DNA of 64,000 nucleotides, from contig CAYXLD010000001.1 in assembly GCA_964465795.1 (NCBI GenBank), positions 5,127-69,126 of the forward strand, given 5' to 3'. Both the position numbers and the translations under genes were made by a program. Source of the DNA: Candidatus Woesearchaeota archaeon. GTDB lineage: Archaea > Nanobdellota > Nanobdellia > Pacearchaeales > GW2011-AR1. Of this stretch, positions 28,074 to 38,061 are shown piece after piece. The notes under the pieces were generated by a model. That model made no database searches. It was not told the origin of the DNA and saw nothing but the letters and a program-made list of their open reading frames with translations. Position 1 is the stretch's first letter. Each line of letters opens with the position of its first letter.

Positions 28074-29386
28074 GGCGTTAATCGTTCTCTGTCTCTAGGG
28101 AACATTGTTCCTTCTCTAATATTCTCTTCTCCGCAAATCAATATAGTCAATCTCTCAAGACCTATGCTCCAGCCGCTATGTGGGGGCGCACCATACCTAA
28201 AGCTATTTATGTAATCCTCAAAATTCTTGGGGTTTAAATCCTTGCTCTTTAACTTATCAATCAATAAATCAGGAATATGAATTCTCTGTCCGCCTGACGA
28301 TATTTCAAGACCTCTGTAAATAGCATCGAATCCTTCAGAATATTTTGCATTTTTATTTCCATCTTTAGGCATAATATAAAATGGCTTTAAAGAACAAGGC
28401 CATGAATGTACAAAAATAATAGTATCCGGATAAAGCTCCCCTAATTTCTTTTCAGCTTCAGGGGGCAAATCATCCTCAAAAACTATTTTAATGCCTTTTT
28501 TTTTCAGCAAATCTATTGTTTCATCATAACTAATGTATTTCGAACCAGGTATTTTCAGCTTTAATTTAAGTAATTCTATCTCTTTTTTGTTCTTATATAT
28601 AACCCGCTTTACAATATCCTTAACAGCTTCTTCCAAATGTTTCATTATGTCCATCTGCCCAAGAAAAGCAGCTTCAATATCCATTTGTCTAATTTCATTA
28701 ATATGTCTTATAGTATTATGTTTTTCAGCCCTCCAAACAGGGGTGATCATAAATGTCTTTTCCATTGAACAAGCAATCATCTGTTTATATAACTGGGGGC
28801 TTTGAGCCAAAAAACCTTTTTTTTCAAAATATTTAACTTCAAACAAATCAGTGCCTCCTTCAGATGCAGCCCCAATAATGCAAGGAGGCTGCATTTCAAT
28901 AAAACCTTTATTAAAAAAATGTTCTCTAAAAGCTTCTGAAATAGTCCCCTGTATTCTAAATATTGCTTGTGTTTTTTTTCTATGAAAATCTAGAAATCTA
29001 TAATCTAATCTTTTCGGCAGCTCTGTTTTTGAAAAATCAGAAACATCTATGGGCAATGGGTGCTCCGCCTTATTCAGCAAATGAATCTCCAAGGGAAGTA
29101 TCTCTCTCCCTCCAGGGGCCTTACTGCTCTTCTTAATAATTCCTTTAACAACAACTACGCTTTCTCTTGGAATATTCGCCATTGATTTAAATACATCCTC
29201 ATTGGTTTCTCCTTTTATTCCAGTAACCTGAATCTCACCGCTAAAATCTCTCAAAACAATAAATCTTATCTTGCCTAAAGCGCGGTCATCATAAACCCAA
29301 CCAGCTATTGTAACATTTTTACCTTCATCTTTTATATTAACATTAGAAACGTATTTTCTTTCTTTGTTTAGTTTTGATAGATCCAT
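28070..29386 (-). CDS. aspS: Aspartyl-tRNA synthetase (archaeal type, probably non-discriminating)
   Basis: N-terminal OB anticodon-binding domain. Class II motifs: motif 2 FRIQGTISEAFREHFFNKGFIEMQPP, and GGTDLFEV...QSPQLYKQ. 438 aa. No AsnRS is present in the window, but GatA/GatB are. Confidence 0.8.
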   Translation of the reverse strand: MDLSKLNKERKYVSNVNIKDEGKNVTIAGWVYDDRALGKIRFIVLRDFSGEIQVTGIKGETNEDVFKSMANIPRESVVVVKGIIKKSSKAPGGREILPLEIHLLNKAEHPLPIDVSDFSKTELPKRLDYRFLDFHRKKTQAIFRIQGTISEAFREHFFNKGFIEMQPPCIIGAASEGGTDLFEVKYFEKKGFLAQSPQLYKQMIACSMEKTFMITPVWRAEKHNTIRHINEIRQMDIEAAFLGQMDIMKHLEEAVKDIVKRVIYKNKKEIELLKLKLKIPGSKYISYDETIDLLKKKGIKIVFEDDLPPEAEKKLGELYPDTIIFVHSWPCSLKPFYIMPKDGNKNAKYSEGFDAIYRGLEISSGGQRIHIPDLLIDKLKSKDLNPKNFEDYINSFRYGAPPHSGWSIGLERLTILICGEENIREGTMFPRDRERLTP

Positions 29387-29455
29387 GAAACATCAAGAAA
29401 ACTGGCATTCTTAAAAGTTGCGGTTAAGGGCAACTTTTAAGCTTGAGAGCTTAGC

Positions 29456-29596
29456 CCTCATTGCTTAATCTTTTTGATTCTCAATCATTTCTTTAATCTT
29501 TTTTAAATCATGACCTTCTATATCCAAATGAAATGCTTCATGAGAAATCATTATTTCTACTAAAGGTTTTAACAATTTATAAGCGTAATAAACCAT
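29456..29596 (-). CDS. 46-aa small ORF immediately downstream of the HEPN-like gene
   Basis: MVYYAYKLLKPLVEIMISHEAFHLDIEGHDLKKIKEMIENQKD, starting 4 nt after the upstream gene's stop. Confidence 0.25.
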
Positions 29597-29599
29597 ACT

Positions 29600-30022
29600 T
29601 CAATCTCTCAATTCTTCTGGATTTTTTGTACCATGGAACAAATTATTTCTAACTGTATAAACAAATTCAATTAAATTTGGCCAATCCTGAATATTATTAA
29701 TAGCTATTTTAATTAATTTTCCATTATTCTTGCTAATATTTTGTAAGGGCTCTTTCTGTAATTCTCTAATTATACTTTCAAGAGAAACAATTATTTCACG
29801 ATCCATTTTAATAAAATTAAAATAAGTCTCTTTAATTTTATCTGCCTTCTTTAATGAATCTATAGCCTCTCTATCTGTTTTAGAATTGACAAAAAACTTT
29901 TTTCTTAATGATGCATTAAAAGCTAAATAAAGAAAAATAAATTTAGAAAAATAATCTTCTTCGGTTGATTTTTTATACCAAGAAAGTATTAATTGGTTGT
30001 AATCGGGTTGTTTAACTCCCAC
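29600..30022 (-). CDS. HEPN-like protein (C-terminal R-x4-H motif)
   Basis: C-terminal VRNNLFHGTK has the R-x4-H placement typical of HEPN/DUF86-HepT-like RNase toxins; otherwise alpha-helical. Flanked by two tiny ORFs. Confidence 0.35.
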   Translation of the reverse strand: MGVKQPDYNQLILSWYKKSTEEDYFSKFIFLYLAFNASLRKKFFVNSKTDREAIDSLKKADKIKETYFNFIKMDREIIVSLESIIRELQKEPLQNISKNNGKLIKIAINNIQDWPNLIEFVYTVRNNLFHGTKNPEELRD

Positions 30023-30030
30023 TTTTATCG

Positions 30031-30168
30031 CCCCTCACACCAATCACAACTCTTTTGCGGACATTCCGAATTTAACAGCCTTATTGCTTTATCAAGCAAG
30101 GGATTAATTAACTCGTGTCTTGCTTTCTTTTCAGGATCATTAAGATAGTCATTTTCTCCCATATTAAA
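30031..30168 (-). CDS. 45-aa cysteine-containing small ORF upstream of the HEPN-like gene
   Basis: MGENDYLNDPEKKARHELINPLLDKAIRLLNSECPQKSCDWCEGR, by hand translation. Confidence 0.2.
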
Positions 30169-30384
30169 CACACGATTACTCTTTTTAAAAATCTATATAT
30201 TTATAGAATTTATTCATATTTGCAGATGCAAATTGATCTACAATCTCCTTTAGCTTAATTTTCGCTTGTTCTTTGTCTATCATATTTCTTCAAAACTTTT
30301 TAATAAAACTTCTGATATTTATAGACTTTATTATATTGATAAAACATAACCTTTATCAATATGTTTTTTTTAGGATTGATATTT

Positions 30385-31620
30385 ATGGCTGAGTCGCCTA
30401 TTGAATTTAAAATTATTGCAAGGGATAAGAAGTCTAGAGCTAGGGCTGGAGTGATAAAGACTAAGCATGGTAATATAGAGACTCCCTATCTAATTCCAGT
30501 TGCAACAAAAGGCAGTATAAAGTCTCTAACTTCAAAAGATATAAAGAAAATAAATCCACAGGCACTCTTAACAAACACATACCATCTCCATCTAAATCCA
30601 GGAGATAATAAAATTAAAAATCTTGGTGGCTTGCACAAATTTATAAAATTCAATAAGCCTATTTTTACAGATTCAGGCGGTTTCCAAGCCTTTTCTCTAG
30701 GGATTGGTTCAGAGATCGGAGTGAAAAAGATAGGATTCTTCCCAGGAGAAAGAACGCCCTCTCCAAGAGGAAACAATAACGCCAGGATAACTAAAAGAGG
30801 AGTAATGTTCAAATCAATTTATCCGCCGTATAAGGAGCATTTTATAGGCCCAAAAGAATCAATGCAAATACAATCAAATCTCGGCGCAGATATCATAATG
30901 GCATTTGATGAATGCACTTCCTCATCTTCAAATAAGTCTTATATAGAAAAATCAATGCATCGCTCTCATAACTGGGAGAAGCAATCATTAAAATATAAAA
31001 ATAAAGATCAGGCCCTTTATGGAATAATTCATGGTGGTTGGTTTAAAGATTTAAGAAAAGAATCAGCGAAATATATCAGTTCTCTTCCATTTGACGGTAT
31101 TGCCATTGGAGGCTCACTAGGAAAAACAAAAGAAGACATGCATAAAATTCTAGGATGGATTTTTCCTCATTTAGATGACCGTCCAAGGCATATGCTTGGA
31201 ATAGGCTGGGTGGATGACTTGTTTTGCTGTGTTGAACAAGGCATTGACACGTTCGATTGTGTTGAAATGACAAGGATCGCAAGACATGGCAACTTATATA
31301 TCTCGCCAAAAGCAGGAGGAGAAATAAAAAATAAGTTCAGAATAAACATACAAAAATCCATATACAAAAAAGACAAAAAATCTATTGATCCTAATTGCCG
31401 ATGCCCAACATGTAAAAAATATTCCAGATCAGATATAAGAAAAATCTACAAAAAAATGACTAAAGAAAAAGAAAATAAAAAAATAAAGGACCTATACGGC
31501 AAATTAGCAACAATTCATAACATCCATTTCATGTTAGATTTAACATCTAAAATCAGGCAGTCTATCATGAAGGGCAATAATAATTTTCAAAAATTGAAAG
31601 ATTATTGGCTAGGGAATTAG
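30385..31620 (+). CDS. tgt: tRNA-guanine transglycosylase (queuine/archaeosine TGT family)
   Basis: TKHGNIETPYLIPVATKG, the catalytic FTDSGGFQ, and the zinc site CRCPTCKKY...H. The start is taken at the second Met (MAESPIEF). Confidence 0.8.
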   Translation: MAESPIEFKIIARDKKSRARAGVIKTKHGNIETPYLIPVATKGSIKSLTSKDIKKINPQALLTNTYHLHLNPGDNKIKNLGGLHKFIKFNKPIFTDSGGFQAFSLGIGSEIGVKKIGFFPGERTPSPRGNNNARITKRGVMFKSIYPPYKEHFIGPKESMQIQSNLGADIIMAFDECTSSSSNKSYIEKSMHRSHNWEKQSLKYKNKDQALYGIIHGGWFKDLRKESAKYISSLPFDGIAIGGSLGKTKEDMHKILGWIFPHLDDRPRHMLGIGWVDDLFCCVEQGIDTFDCVEMTRIARHGNLYISPKAGGEIKNKFRINIQKSIYKKDKKSIDPNCRCPTCKKYSRSDIRKIYKKMTKEKENKKIKDLYGKLATIHNIHFMLDLTSKIRQSIMKGNNNFQKLKDYWLGN

Positions 31621-31621
31621 C

Positions 31622-32014
31622 TCACCAAACTTCAATTTTAACATCGATATCATTAAAATCTTTTTTATCTCTTGTTATAAGAACTAGCTCATTTGTCTTT
31701 GCAATACAAGCAATCATTAAATCAAATTCCTTAGTTTGTTTTCCAATTTTGCTTAATCTTGCATACTCTTTTCCAAATGATTTACAAGAGTCGATATCGA
31801 GACCTAAAACTCTTACAGAATCTAAGAAATAATAAATAATGCTGAGTTCTTTCTCAGATTTAGAGGATAAAAAAGCCCCCTTGAATAATTCACATAAACT
31901 TATGCACGTTATTGACAGATTATTATATAGGCTAATATTTTGAATTTTTTCAATAATACTTTTATTCCCTCTTAAAAAATCAACTACGATGTTTGTGTCT
32001 AAGCAATACATCAA
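31622..32014 (-). CDS. vapC: PIN-domain protein, VapC-like toxin
   Basis: MMYCLDTNIVVDFLRGN is the PIN N-terminal motif. Overlaps the upstream small gene by 4 nt. Confidence 0.6.
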   Translation of the reverse strand: MMYCLDTNIVVDFLRGNKSIIEKIQNISLYNNLSITCISLCELFKGAFLSSKSEKELSIIYYFLDSVRVLGLDIDSCKSFGKEYARLSKIGKQTKEFDLMIACIAKTNELVLITRDKKDFNDIDVKIEVW

Positions 32015-32241
32015 AATTTAACCTCTCTCAGTTTAGCTTTTTTCCTGTCTTCATATATCTTTCTTTTAATTTTTTCCCATTCTTCTGCATTATCGGAAAA
32101 AGCTCCTGCAAAATCCATAATATCTTTCTTCTTTTTTTTCTCTTCAACAAGATCAATTACAGTATCTGAAAAAGATCTTTCTCTCTTTAAAGCTTTTAAT
32201 CTCTCATATGCTTCATTTGATAAAGATATTACCTTAACCAT
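32011..32241 (-). CDS. vapB: VapB-like antitoxin (start taken at the internal ATG at 32241, giving MVKVISLSNEAYERLK...)
   Basis: The longer track ORF (to 32334) would translate the (GCATAC)n microsatellite as CVCVCVC. The internal ATG sits ~24 nt downstream of a TTTATATAT TATA box. Confidence 0.5.
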   Translation of the reverse strand: MVKVISLSNEAYERLKALKRERSFSDTVIDLVEEKKKKKDIMDFAGAFSDNAEEWEKIKRKIYEDRKKAKLREVKF

Positions 32242-32265
32242 GCATACGCATACGCATACGCATAT
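32242..32265. repeat. Hexanucleotide microsatellite (GCATAC)x3 plus an imperfect fourth unit, in the vapB promoter/5' region
   Basis: Plus strand: tgcatacgcatacgcatacgcatat. Confidence 0.8.
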
Positions 32266-32340
32266 ATAAACTTTTCTATTAAAATTGAAAGATCTAGTTT
32301 TGAATGATCGAGTCTCAATTAACTCTACATACAAATAATA

Positions 32341-33795
32341 TTACTTTACTGCTCTATTAAGAATCTCCATGGCTTTCCTCTTATCAATCTTATTCCCAAA
32401 TTTTCCTATAACAAGCCCCATATAAGCATTCGCCTTTAATCCTGGTTTTTCTTTAACAATCTTAAGAACCTCTTCTTCCAATTCATCATCCTCTAATTTT
32501 TCAATCTTCAAAGCATCCTCAATCTTCTTGCCTTCAACAACATTCCATAAAATTCCCTTAACGTCTCCTTCACTTATCTTTCCATCTCTCACATTCTCCA
32601 AAACGCGCTCTAAAACTCTCTCGTTCAAAATTTCCTTAATATCAAAAAAACTCTTTCCTTTTCTAGAAGCAAACTCCTGTCTCCATAAAACAGCCATTTT
32701 AGCAACTAAATTAGAGTTTTTATTAAAAACATTCAGCAAAACTTCAAATTCCTCTAAGTTCTCCCCACTATCCAAAACTAAATTAATCATCTCTTCGCTT
32801 AACCCTTTTTTTCTTAATTCATCTCTAATCTCTTGCCTTAATTTTGGCAATTCTTTCTTAAGTCTATTAATTCTCTCTCTGCCTATCTTCAGCAAGATTA
32901 AATCAGTCTCGGGATACATTCTCGCTCCTCCAGGCAATGGCCTCAAAAATTCAGTCGTGGCATCTTCTTTTGCATTTCTAACTTCTCCGTCTCTCTTTTT
33001 TTTCTTCAGATTGTCTAATTGTCTGCCTATCTCTAATTCAACAGTCTTAACCATAATTCTCGGATCTTGAAACCCTTTTATTTCAACCCTATCATGCCCT
33101 TTAATAGAAATATTTAAATCCTGTCTAATAGTTCCTATCCCTCTTTTAACTTTACAAGCTCTCAATATCTCGCCTAGTTTCAAAGCGCACTCTTTAATTT
33201 GTTCAGCTGTCTTCAAATCCGCTTTTGTTGAAATCTCAACTAAAGGTATGCCTAATCTATCTAATCTAAAAACAACTTCCTTCCCTTTTTTATCGCTCAT
33301 CAATCTAGCAGCATCCTCCTCCAAAGCAACTGTTGCTATTCTAACTTTCCCAAAACTTAGCTCTAGACAACCATCATGGGCAATCAAAACAGTTCTCTGA
33401 AAACCGCTCGTGTTACTCCCATCAACAACTGTCTTTCTCATTATCTGCATAATTGGATAAATCTCGCAATTCAAAAGCAAGGCAATTTTCAAAACCTCAT
33501 CCAAAGCACTATCATCTAAGTCATGTGGCGGCTCCTCATCTAATTCAAGCAAGCAAGTTGTATCATTATACCCCTGATAAACAAATTCCTTTTTTAATGA
33601 GGCTTCATATTCCACAGCAACATCAACTTCTCCAGTCTCACCGGCAATAGCATGCAATTTTCTTCTTACAACAAAATCAGGATCTTCGCTCCTTAAAAAA
33701 GCAGGGCATCTGCAGAATAATTTTCCGCCAGTATCTAACTGCTGATGAATTTCTAGACCAGCCTTAACCCCTAACTTTTCATAATCAACTATCAT
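32341..33795 (-). CDS. gatE: Glutamyl-tRNA(Gln) amidotransferase subunit E (GatE, short form)
   Basis: N-terminus MIVDYEKLGVKAGLEIHQQLDTGGKLFCRC matches GatE; C-terminal GatB/YqeY-like helical domain. GatD is encoded nearby. 484 aa is short for GatE, so the GatB/GatE assignment is tentative. Confidence 0.55.
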   Translation of the reverse strand: MIVDYEKLGVKAGLEIHQQLDTGGKLFCRCPAFLRSEDPDFVVRRKLHAIAGETGEVDVAVEYEASLKKEFVYQGYNDTTCLLELDEEPPHDLDDSALDEVLKIALLLNCEIYPIMQIMRKTVVDGSNTSGFQRTVLIAHDGCLELSFGKVRIATVALEEDAARLMSDKKGKEVVFRLDRLGIPLVEISTKADLKTAEQIKECALKLGEILRACKVKRGIGTIRQDLNISIKGHDRVEIKGFQDPRIMVKTVELEIGRQLDNLKKKKRDGEVRNAKEDATTEFLRPLPGGARMYPETDLILLKIGRERINRLKKELPKLRQEIRDELRKKGLSEEMINLVLDSGENLEEFEVLLNVFNKNSNLVAKMAVLWRQEFASRKGKSFFDIKEILNERVLERVLENVRDGKISEGDVKGILWNVVEGKKIEDALKIEKLEDDELEEEVLKIVKEKPGLKANAYMGLVIGKFGNKIDKRKAMEILNRAVK

Positions 33796-33831
33796 CTAAC
33801 TTTAAAAAAGTTGGAGTTATTAAAATTATCT

Positions 33832-34626
33832 CTAAACCAATAAATCAGCTTTCCTAAATGCCTCTCTTTTACTGTCTAAATTTTGTGCCAAATATCCCTG
33901 CACAGCATTCAATTCATCGTTTGTTAACAAACTCTTAGCAATAGCATACCCTCCATTAGGGTTTAGTAGAGGAATAAAGCTCTCTGGAATATTCCTTGCA
34001 AACTCTCCAAGATTAATTATCTCGCCATTGGCATTTCTAAGATTATCTTTCTCCAATCTACGGATTAACTTTTTCCTATCTTTATCAGAAACTAGCTCTT
34101 TTTTTCCAATAATTTGTTTTAATAATCCTTCATTAGCACAAGCAAATCCCCAACAGCCTAAATCAATATAAGATGCCCTTCCTTCTTTGTATAGGATATT
34201 GTTTCTAGTTCCGTAATCTCTTAAAAGTAGACTATCAAGATAAATTTTTTCAGATTCTACTATAGTGTTCAATTCTCTATCTATAGCTGCACTTGAAGGG
34301 TTTGGCTCTAATTTAGAAACAAAATAATATTTCTTGCCAGAATGATCTTTTTCATCGTGTAAATTACTAAAACTAACTTTTCCATCATTAATCAAAACAA
34401 AACAATCAGGCGTTACTAGTCCAAACTCTCTGGCTTTTAAAGAAGCCAAAACCTCTAGAACAGGCTGGTGCTCTGCTTTAAACGGAATTCCTCTAGGCAA
34501 TGACTCCCCAAAACAATACTTAAAATATCCATCCAATATCCTGCTTCCCTTGCTATCACGAATAGTGCAAAATCCTCCTGGATTAGATCCTTTCTTATCG
34601 CTTAATACATCTACTTTAACTTTCAT
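33832..34626 (-). CDS. Hypothetical protein, possibly an atypical (HipA-like?) kinase fold
   Basis: ORF only. DYGTRNNILYKEG loosely resembles a kinase catalytic loop. Confidence 0.2.
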   Translation of the reverse strand: MKVKVDVLSDKKGSNPGGFCTIRDSKGSRILDGYFKYCFGESLPRGIPFKAEHQPVLEVLASLKAREFGLVTPDCFVLINDGKVSFSNLHDEKDHSGKKYYFVSKLEPNPSSAAIDRELNTIVESEKIYLDSLLLRDYGTRNNILYKEGRASYIDLGCWGFACANEGLLKQIIGKKELVSDKDRKKLIRRLEKDNLRNANGEIINLGEFARNIPESFIPLLNPNGGYAIAKSLLTNDELNAVQGYLAQNLDSKREAFRKADLLV

Positions 34627-34725
34627 ATCTAATCAAAACCAAATGCCCTTTTAAACCTTTGTATTTAATACTCCTAAGAAGTTACAACAATAACTAATTA
34701 GTACCGTAAGCCTTTTAACATATAA

Positions 34726-35133
34726 ATGCCTTTAATTAACATGGAGAAAAGAGGCTTGCTTAATAATAAGAATCATCCAAGTATAACACATAAAAGAACT
34801 CTTGGGGAGATATCAGCAGATATATTAACAAAATATATGGGTTCATGGATGTTTATTTTAATTTTTCTATTCTTTCTTCTTTCATGGATATCATTAAATA
34901 GCATATGGCTGATTTTTGGAGAAGCCTGGGATAAAAAACCATTCATTATGCTGAACCTTATTCTCTCATGTCTTGCAGCTCTTCAAGCTCCAATAATTTT
35001 AATGACTCAAAATAGGCAATCTGAAAAAGATAGAATTCGTTCAGAATATGATTACGCAGTTAATAGAAAAGCAGAGCATGAAATAAAGCAAGTTAAAAGG
35101 CAGTTAGACAAAATAGAAAGAAAATTGAGATGA
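34726..35133 (+). CDS. DUF1003-family membrane protein
   Basis: LTKYMGSWMFILIFLFFLLSWISLN ... PFIMLNLILSCLAALQAPIILMTQNRQSEKDRIRSEYDYAVNRKAEHEI closely follows the DUF1003 consensus. Confidence 0.55.
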   Translation: MPLINMEKRGLLNNKNHPSITHKRTLGEISADILTKYMGSWMFILIFLFFLLSWISLNSIWLIFGEAWDKKPFIMLNLILSCLAALQAPIILMTQNRQSEKDRIRSEYDYAVNRKAEHEIKQVKRQLDKIERKLR

Positions 35134-35199
35134 AATTTTGGTAAAGAAAGCAAATATTCAATCTTATTTGAATTTTTCCATTGCATTTCCATAATAAAT

Positions 35200-36471
35200 C
35201 TAGACTCTCAATCTTTTATTCAACTCTCCAGCAAAATTCTCAAGCATTTTTTCCTTAACTTTTCCAATCCAACCACGATGCCCTAAAACCCAGCCCAATT
35301 TAACAAAGGCCGTCTCACTTAAAATATCTTCTAAAAAGATAACTCCAGCATCAACTAATTCACGGCCATTGCTATAAACAAGAGGATCTAATCTTCCATT
35401 TATCGTTTGTGCTGTGGCACAAACAATAAATCCATTCCTAATATGTTTCTTCAAATTAGGAATCCAATTGTACCCTACTTCACTAACAGGCAAATGCCCT
35501 AATCCAGCTGCTTCTACAACAATCCCCTTATATTTCAATGCATAAAAATCCAATATAGAAGAATCCTGCTCAGGATAAAACTTGATTAAAGCAATCTTAT
35601 CATTAAAATTCACATCAAGCTCGGTTTTTCTTTTTTCATCTCTCCTATTATAAGATCTAAAAAATTCAACTCTGTCTGTCCAAACTTTAGCAATAGGAGA
35701 ATCATTAATAACTTTAAAAGCATCTCTTCTAGAACTATGCATTTTCCTTGTTTTAGTTCCGGGCATAGCATAACAATAATCATCGTTAATTGTTGCATGC
35801 CCAACAATCATAACCTCTGTACAATCACTTATAGCCATTCTAGCAGCGCATTGTAAATTCAAGTTAGCATCACTTGAAGCCCTGTCAATGCTTCTCTGGC
35901 TATAAGTCAACACAACAGGTTTATTCAAATCCCTCAAAAAGAAAGACAGGGCCGCCGCAGTATATCCTAAAAAATCAGTTCCGTGTGTAACAATAACTCC
36001 TTCTATCTCTTTGTCATCAAGCATTTTCTTTACGCTCTCTCCAATTTTAATCCAATGTTCGCTTGCCATAGATTCAGAAGCAATCATAAATGGCACTTCA
36101 ATTCGTTTAACATTAACCATATCAAATAATTCAGGATAAAACTTAGTAAACTCTTCAACACTAGTCAAGGGCTTAACTCCACCTGTCCTCGAATCCAATT
36201 TAGAAGCAATAGTTCCCCCTGTAACAACCAATCCAATATTCTTCAATCCCTCTTTTTGTTTAAACTCTATTTTCTTTTCATTTTCTTCTTTAAATCTCCT
36301 TAAAACTTTCCCTCCAAGAATATTTTCTTTAGGAATTCCAATATTATATCCAGACTCCAATTTCACTAGCATAATACTGCTATCGCTGCTTTCCAGAAAT
36401 CTCCCTCTAATTTCATCTTTAGCCAATCTAATTTCAACATAATCTCCAGGATTAAAGTTTAGTTCTACCAT
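35200..36471 (-). CDS. gatD: Glutamyl-tRNA(Gln) amidotransferase subunit D (asparaginase-like)
   Basis: Asparaginase N-terminal motif VVTGGTIASKLDSRTGG, and HGTDFLGYTAAALSF. The start is taken at the internal Met (MVELNF...) so it does not overlap proS. Confidence 0.75.
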   Translation of the reverse strand: MVELNFNPGDYVEIRLAKDEIRGRFLESSDSSIMLVKLESGYNIGIPKENILGGKVLRRFKEENEKKIEFKQKEGLKNIGLVVTGGTIASKLDSRTGGVKPLTSVEEFTKFYPELFDMVNVKRIEVPFMIASESMASEHWIKIGESVKKMLDDKEIEGVIVTHGTDFLGYTAAALSFFLRDLNKPVVLTYSQRSIDRASSDANLNLQCAARMAISDCTEVMIVGHATINDDYCYAMPGTKTRKMHSSRRDAFKVINDSPIAKVWTDRVEFFRSYNRRDEKRKTELDVNFNDKIALIKFYPEQDSSILDFYALKYKGIVVEAAGLGHLPVSEVGYNWIPNLKKHIRNGFIVCATAQTINGRLDPLVYSNGRELVDAGVIFLEDILSETAFVKLGWVLGHRGWIGKVKEKMLENFAGELNKRLRV

Positions 36472-36505
36472 AAAATTTAAAGTTTTAACAGTTATAAAAA
36501 CCTTG

Positions 36506-37966
36506 CTAATAACTCTTCGCCACATAAACAACTTTAGCTGCTTTTCTTCCGCAAATAACACAGTTTCCTTTGGCATTTTCTTCGTTTAAAGAAGTCCCTC
36601 TAACACTTGCCCCTATTTCTTTTTCAATGAATTCGCCGCATTTAGTTCCATCCTTATTAGTAGAACAAAAATTACATCTGGCAATTACACCTTGTTTAAT
36701 GGCTTTTTTCATTTCATCTTTTGTTTTAGCATTTTTTATTCTTCCTTCAAAAACTTTGTCAGCCTGATCTTTCAGGTTTCTTCCAGACTCAGAAGCAATC
36801 TTGTTAATATGTTCAATAATTTTCTTGTCATCAATTAAATCTTTCTTATTCAAGTCCCTCCTAAAAATAGTAATTTTCTTTTTCTCTAAATCTTTTAATC
36901 CTATATCAATTCTAACAGGCACGCCTTTCATCTCCCAATAATTAAATTTTTCTCCAGCACTTTTCTCGCTTGCATCTACTTCAACAGAAGCAAATTTTTC
37001 AATATCTTTCTTTAATTTTTCAGCTTTATCAATCAATTTTTCATCATTGCTGATAGGTACAATTGCTACTTGTAAAGGGGCTATTTCCCAAGGGAACCTT
37101 AGACCTTTATCATCTCCATGTGTAATAACAACACTTGCAAATATCCTTGATATTGCAGGCCCATAACAAGTAATCCATCCATATTTTTCCTTTCCTTCTT
37201 TATCCTTGAATTTTACATTAAAACCCCTGGAAAATGTCTGTGACAAAAGATGAGTTGAGGGCTGTTGTACAACTCTTCCATCTGGGTTTAAAACGTCTGC
37301 CGCAAAAGTTCTATATGCTCCTGGAAACTTATCCCATTCAGGCCTTTCAAAAAAGATAAAAGGTAAACCAAAAATATCATGTAAAACATCTTTTGTTGTT
37401 TCCGTATCTTCATGAACTTGCTTCATCGCATCTTCTTCAGTTTCATGTACACAGTGCGTCTCAATCCAATGAAACTCTCTGCTTCTCAAGAAAGGTCTTG
37501 TAGCTTTAGTTTCATATCTAAAAACATTCGATCTCTGATAAGTTTTAAAAGGAAGGTCCTTATAACTTCTTATCCAAAGATTAAACATTTGATAAAATGC
37601 AGTTTCGGATGTAGGTCTTAATGCTAGTCTTTCATCAAGCTTTTTATCCCCTGCTTCAGTAACCCAAAAAACCTCTGGAACAAATCCAACGATATGGTCA
37701 CTTTCTTTTTTTAAATTACTTTCAGGAATTAAAGTGGGAAAGAAATAGGGCTTGTGTCCTTTTTTTTGCAAGACTCTTTCCATATAATAATACATTTTTT
37801 CCATAGCTAAAACACTCCAAGGCTGAAAAACCAGAAAGCCCTTTACATTATATCTCAAATCAGCCAATTCGGCCTTTTGCACAATTTGAGTATACCACTC
37901 TGAAAAGTTATCTTCCTTTTTTACAGTCAATCCCTTAGTATTTTCCTTTTCTTTTCCCATATACAA
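36506..37966 (-). CDS. proS: Prolyl-tRNA synthetase, archaeal/eukaryotic type
   Basis: Class II core with a C-terminal zinc-binding domain (CNFCSTNKDGTKCGEF...CVICGRKAAK). N-terminus NFSEWYTQIVQKAELADLRYNVKGFLVFQPW is typical of archaeal ProRS. Confidence 0.85.
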   Translation of the reverse strand: MYMGKEKENTKGLTVKKEDNFSEWYTQIVQKAELADLRYNVKGFLVFQPWSVLAMEKMYYYMERVLQKKGHKPYFFPTLIPESNLKKESDHIVGFVPEVFWVTEAGDKKLDERLALRPTSETAFYQMFNLWIRSYKDLPFKTYQRSNVFRYETKATRPFLRSREFHWIETHCVHETEEDAMKQVHEDTETTKDVLHDIFGLPFIFFERPEWDKFPGAYRTFAADVLNPDGRVVQQPSTHLLSQTFSRGFNVKFKDKEGKEKYGWITCYGPAISRIFASVVITHGDDKGLRFPWEIAPLQVAIVPISNDEKLIDKAEKLKKDIEKFASVEVDASEKSAGEKFNYWEMKGVPVRIDIGLKDLEKKKITIFRRDLNKKDLIDDKKIIEHINKIASESGRNLKDQADKVFEGRIKNAKTKDEMKKAIKQGVIARCNFCSTNKDGTKCGEFIEKEIGASVRGTSLNEENAKGNCVICGRKAAKVVYVAKSY

Positions 37967-38061
37967 TCTAACAACTCCTATTTCTTAAATCTTATCATTG
38001 GCTACTTCCATAAAATATAAATAAATCTTCTCATAAAAAACAATATGCTTCAAATAAAATA

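Noticed and set aside
32242-32334. N-terminal extension of vapB translating the microsatellite as CVCVCVC
   Set aside because: Translating a hexanucleotide repeat immediately upstream of a perfect MVKVISL antitoxin start with its own TATA box is implausible. It was treated as promoter DNA.
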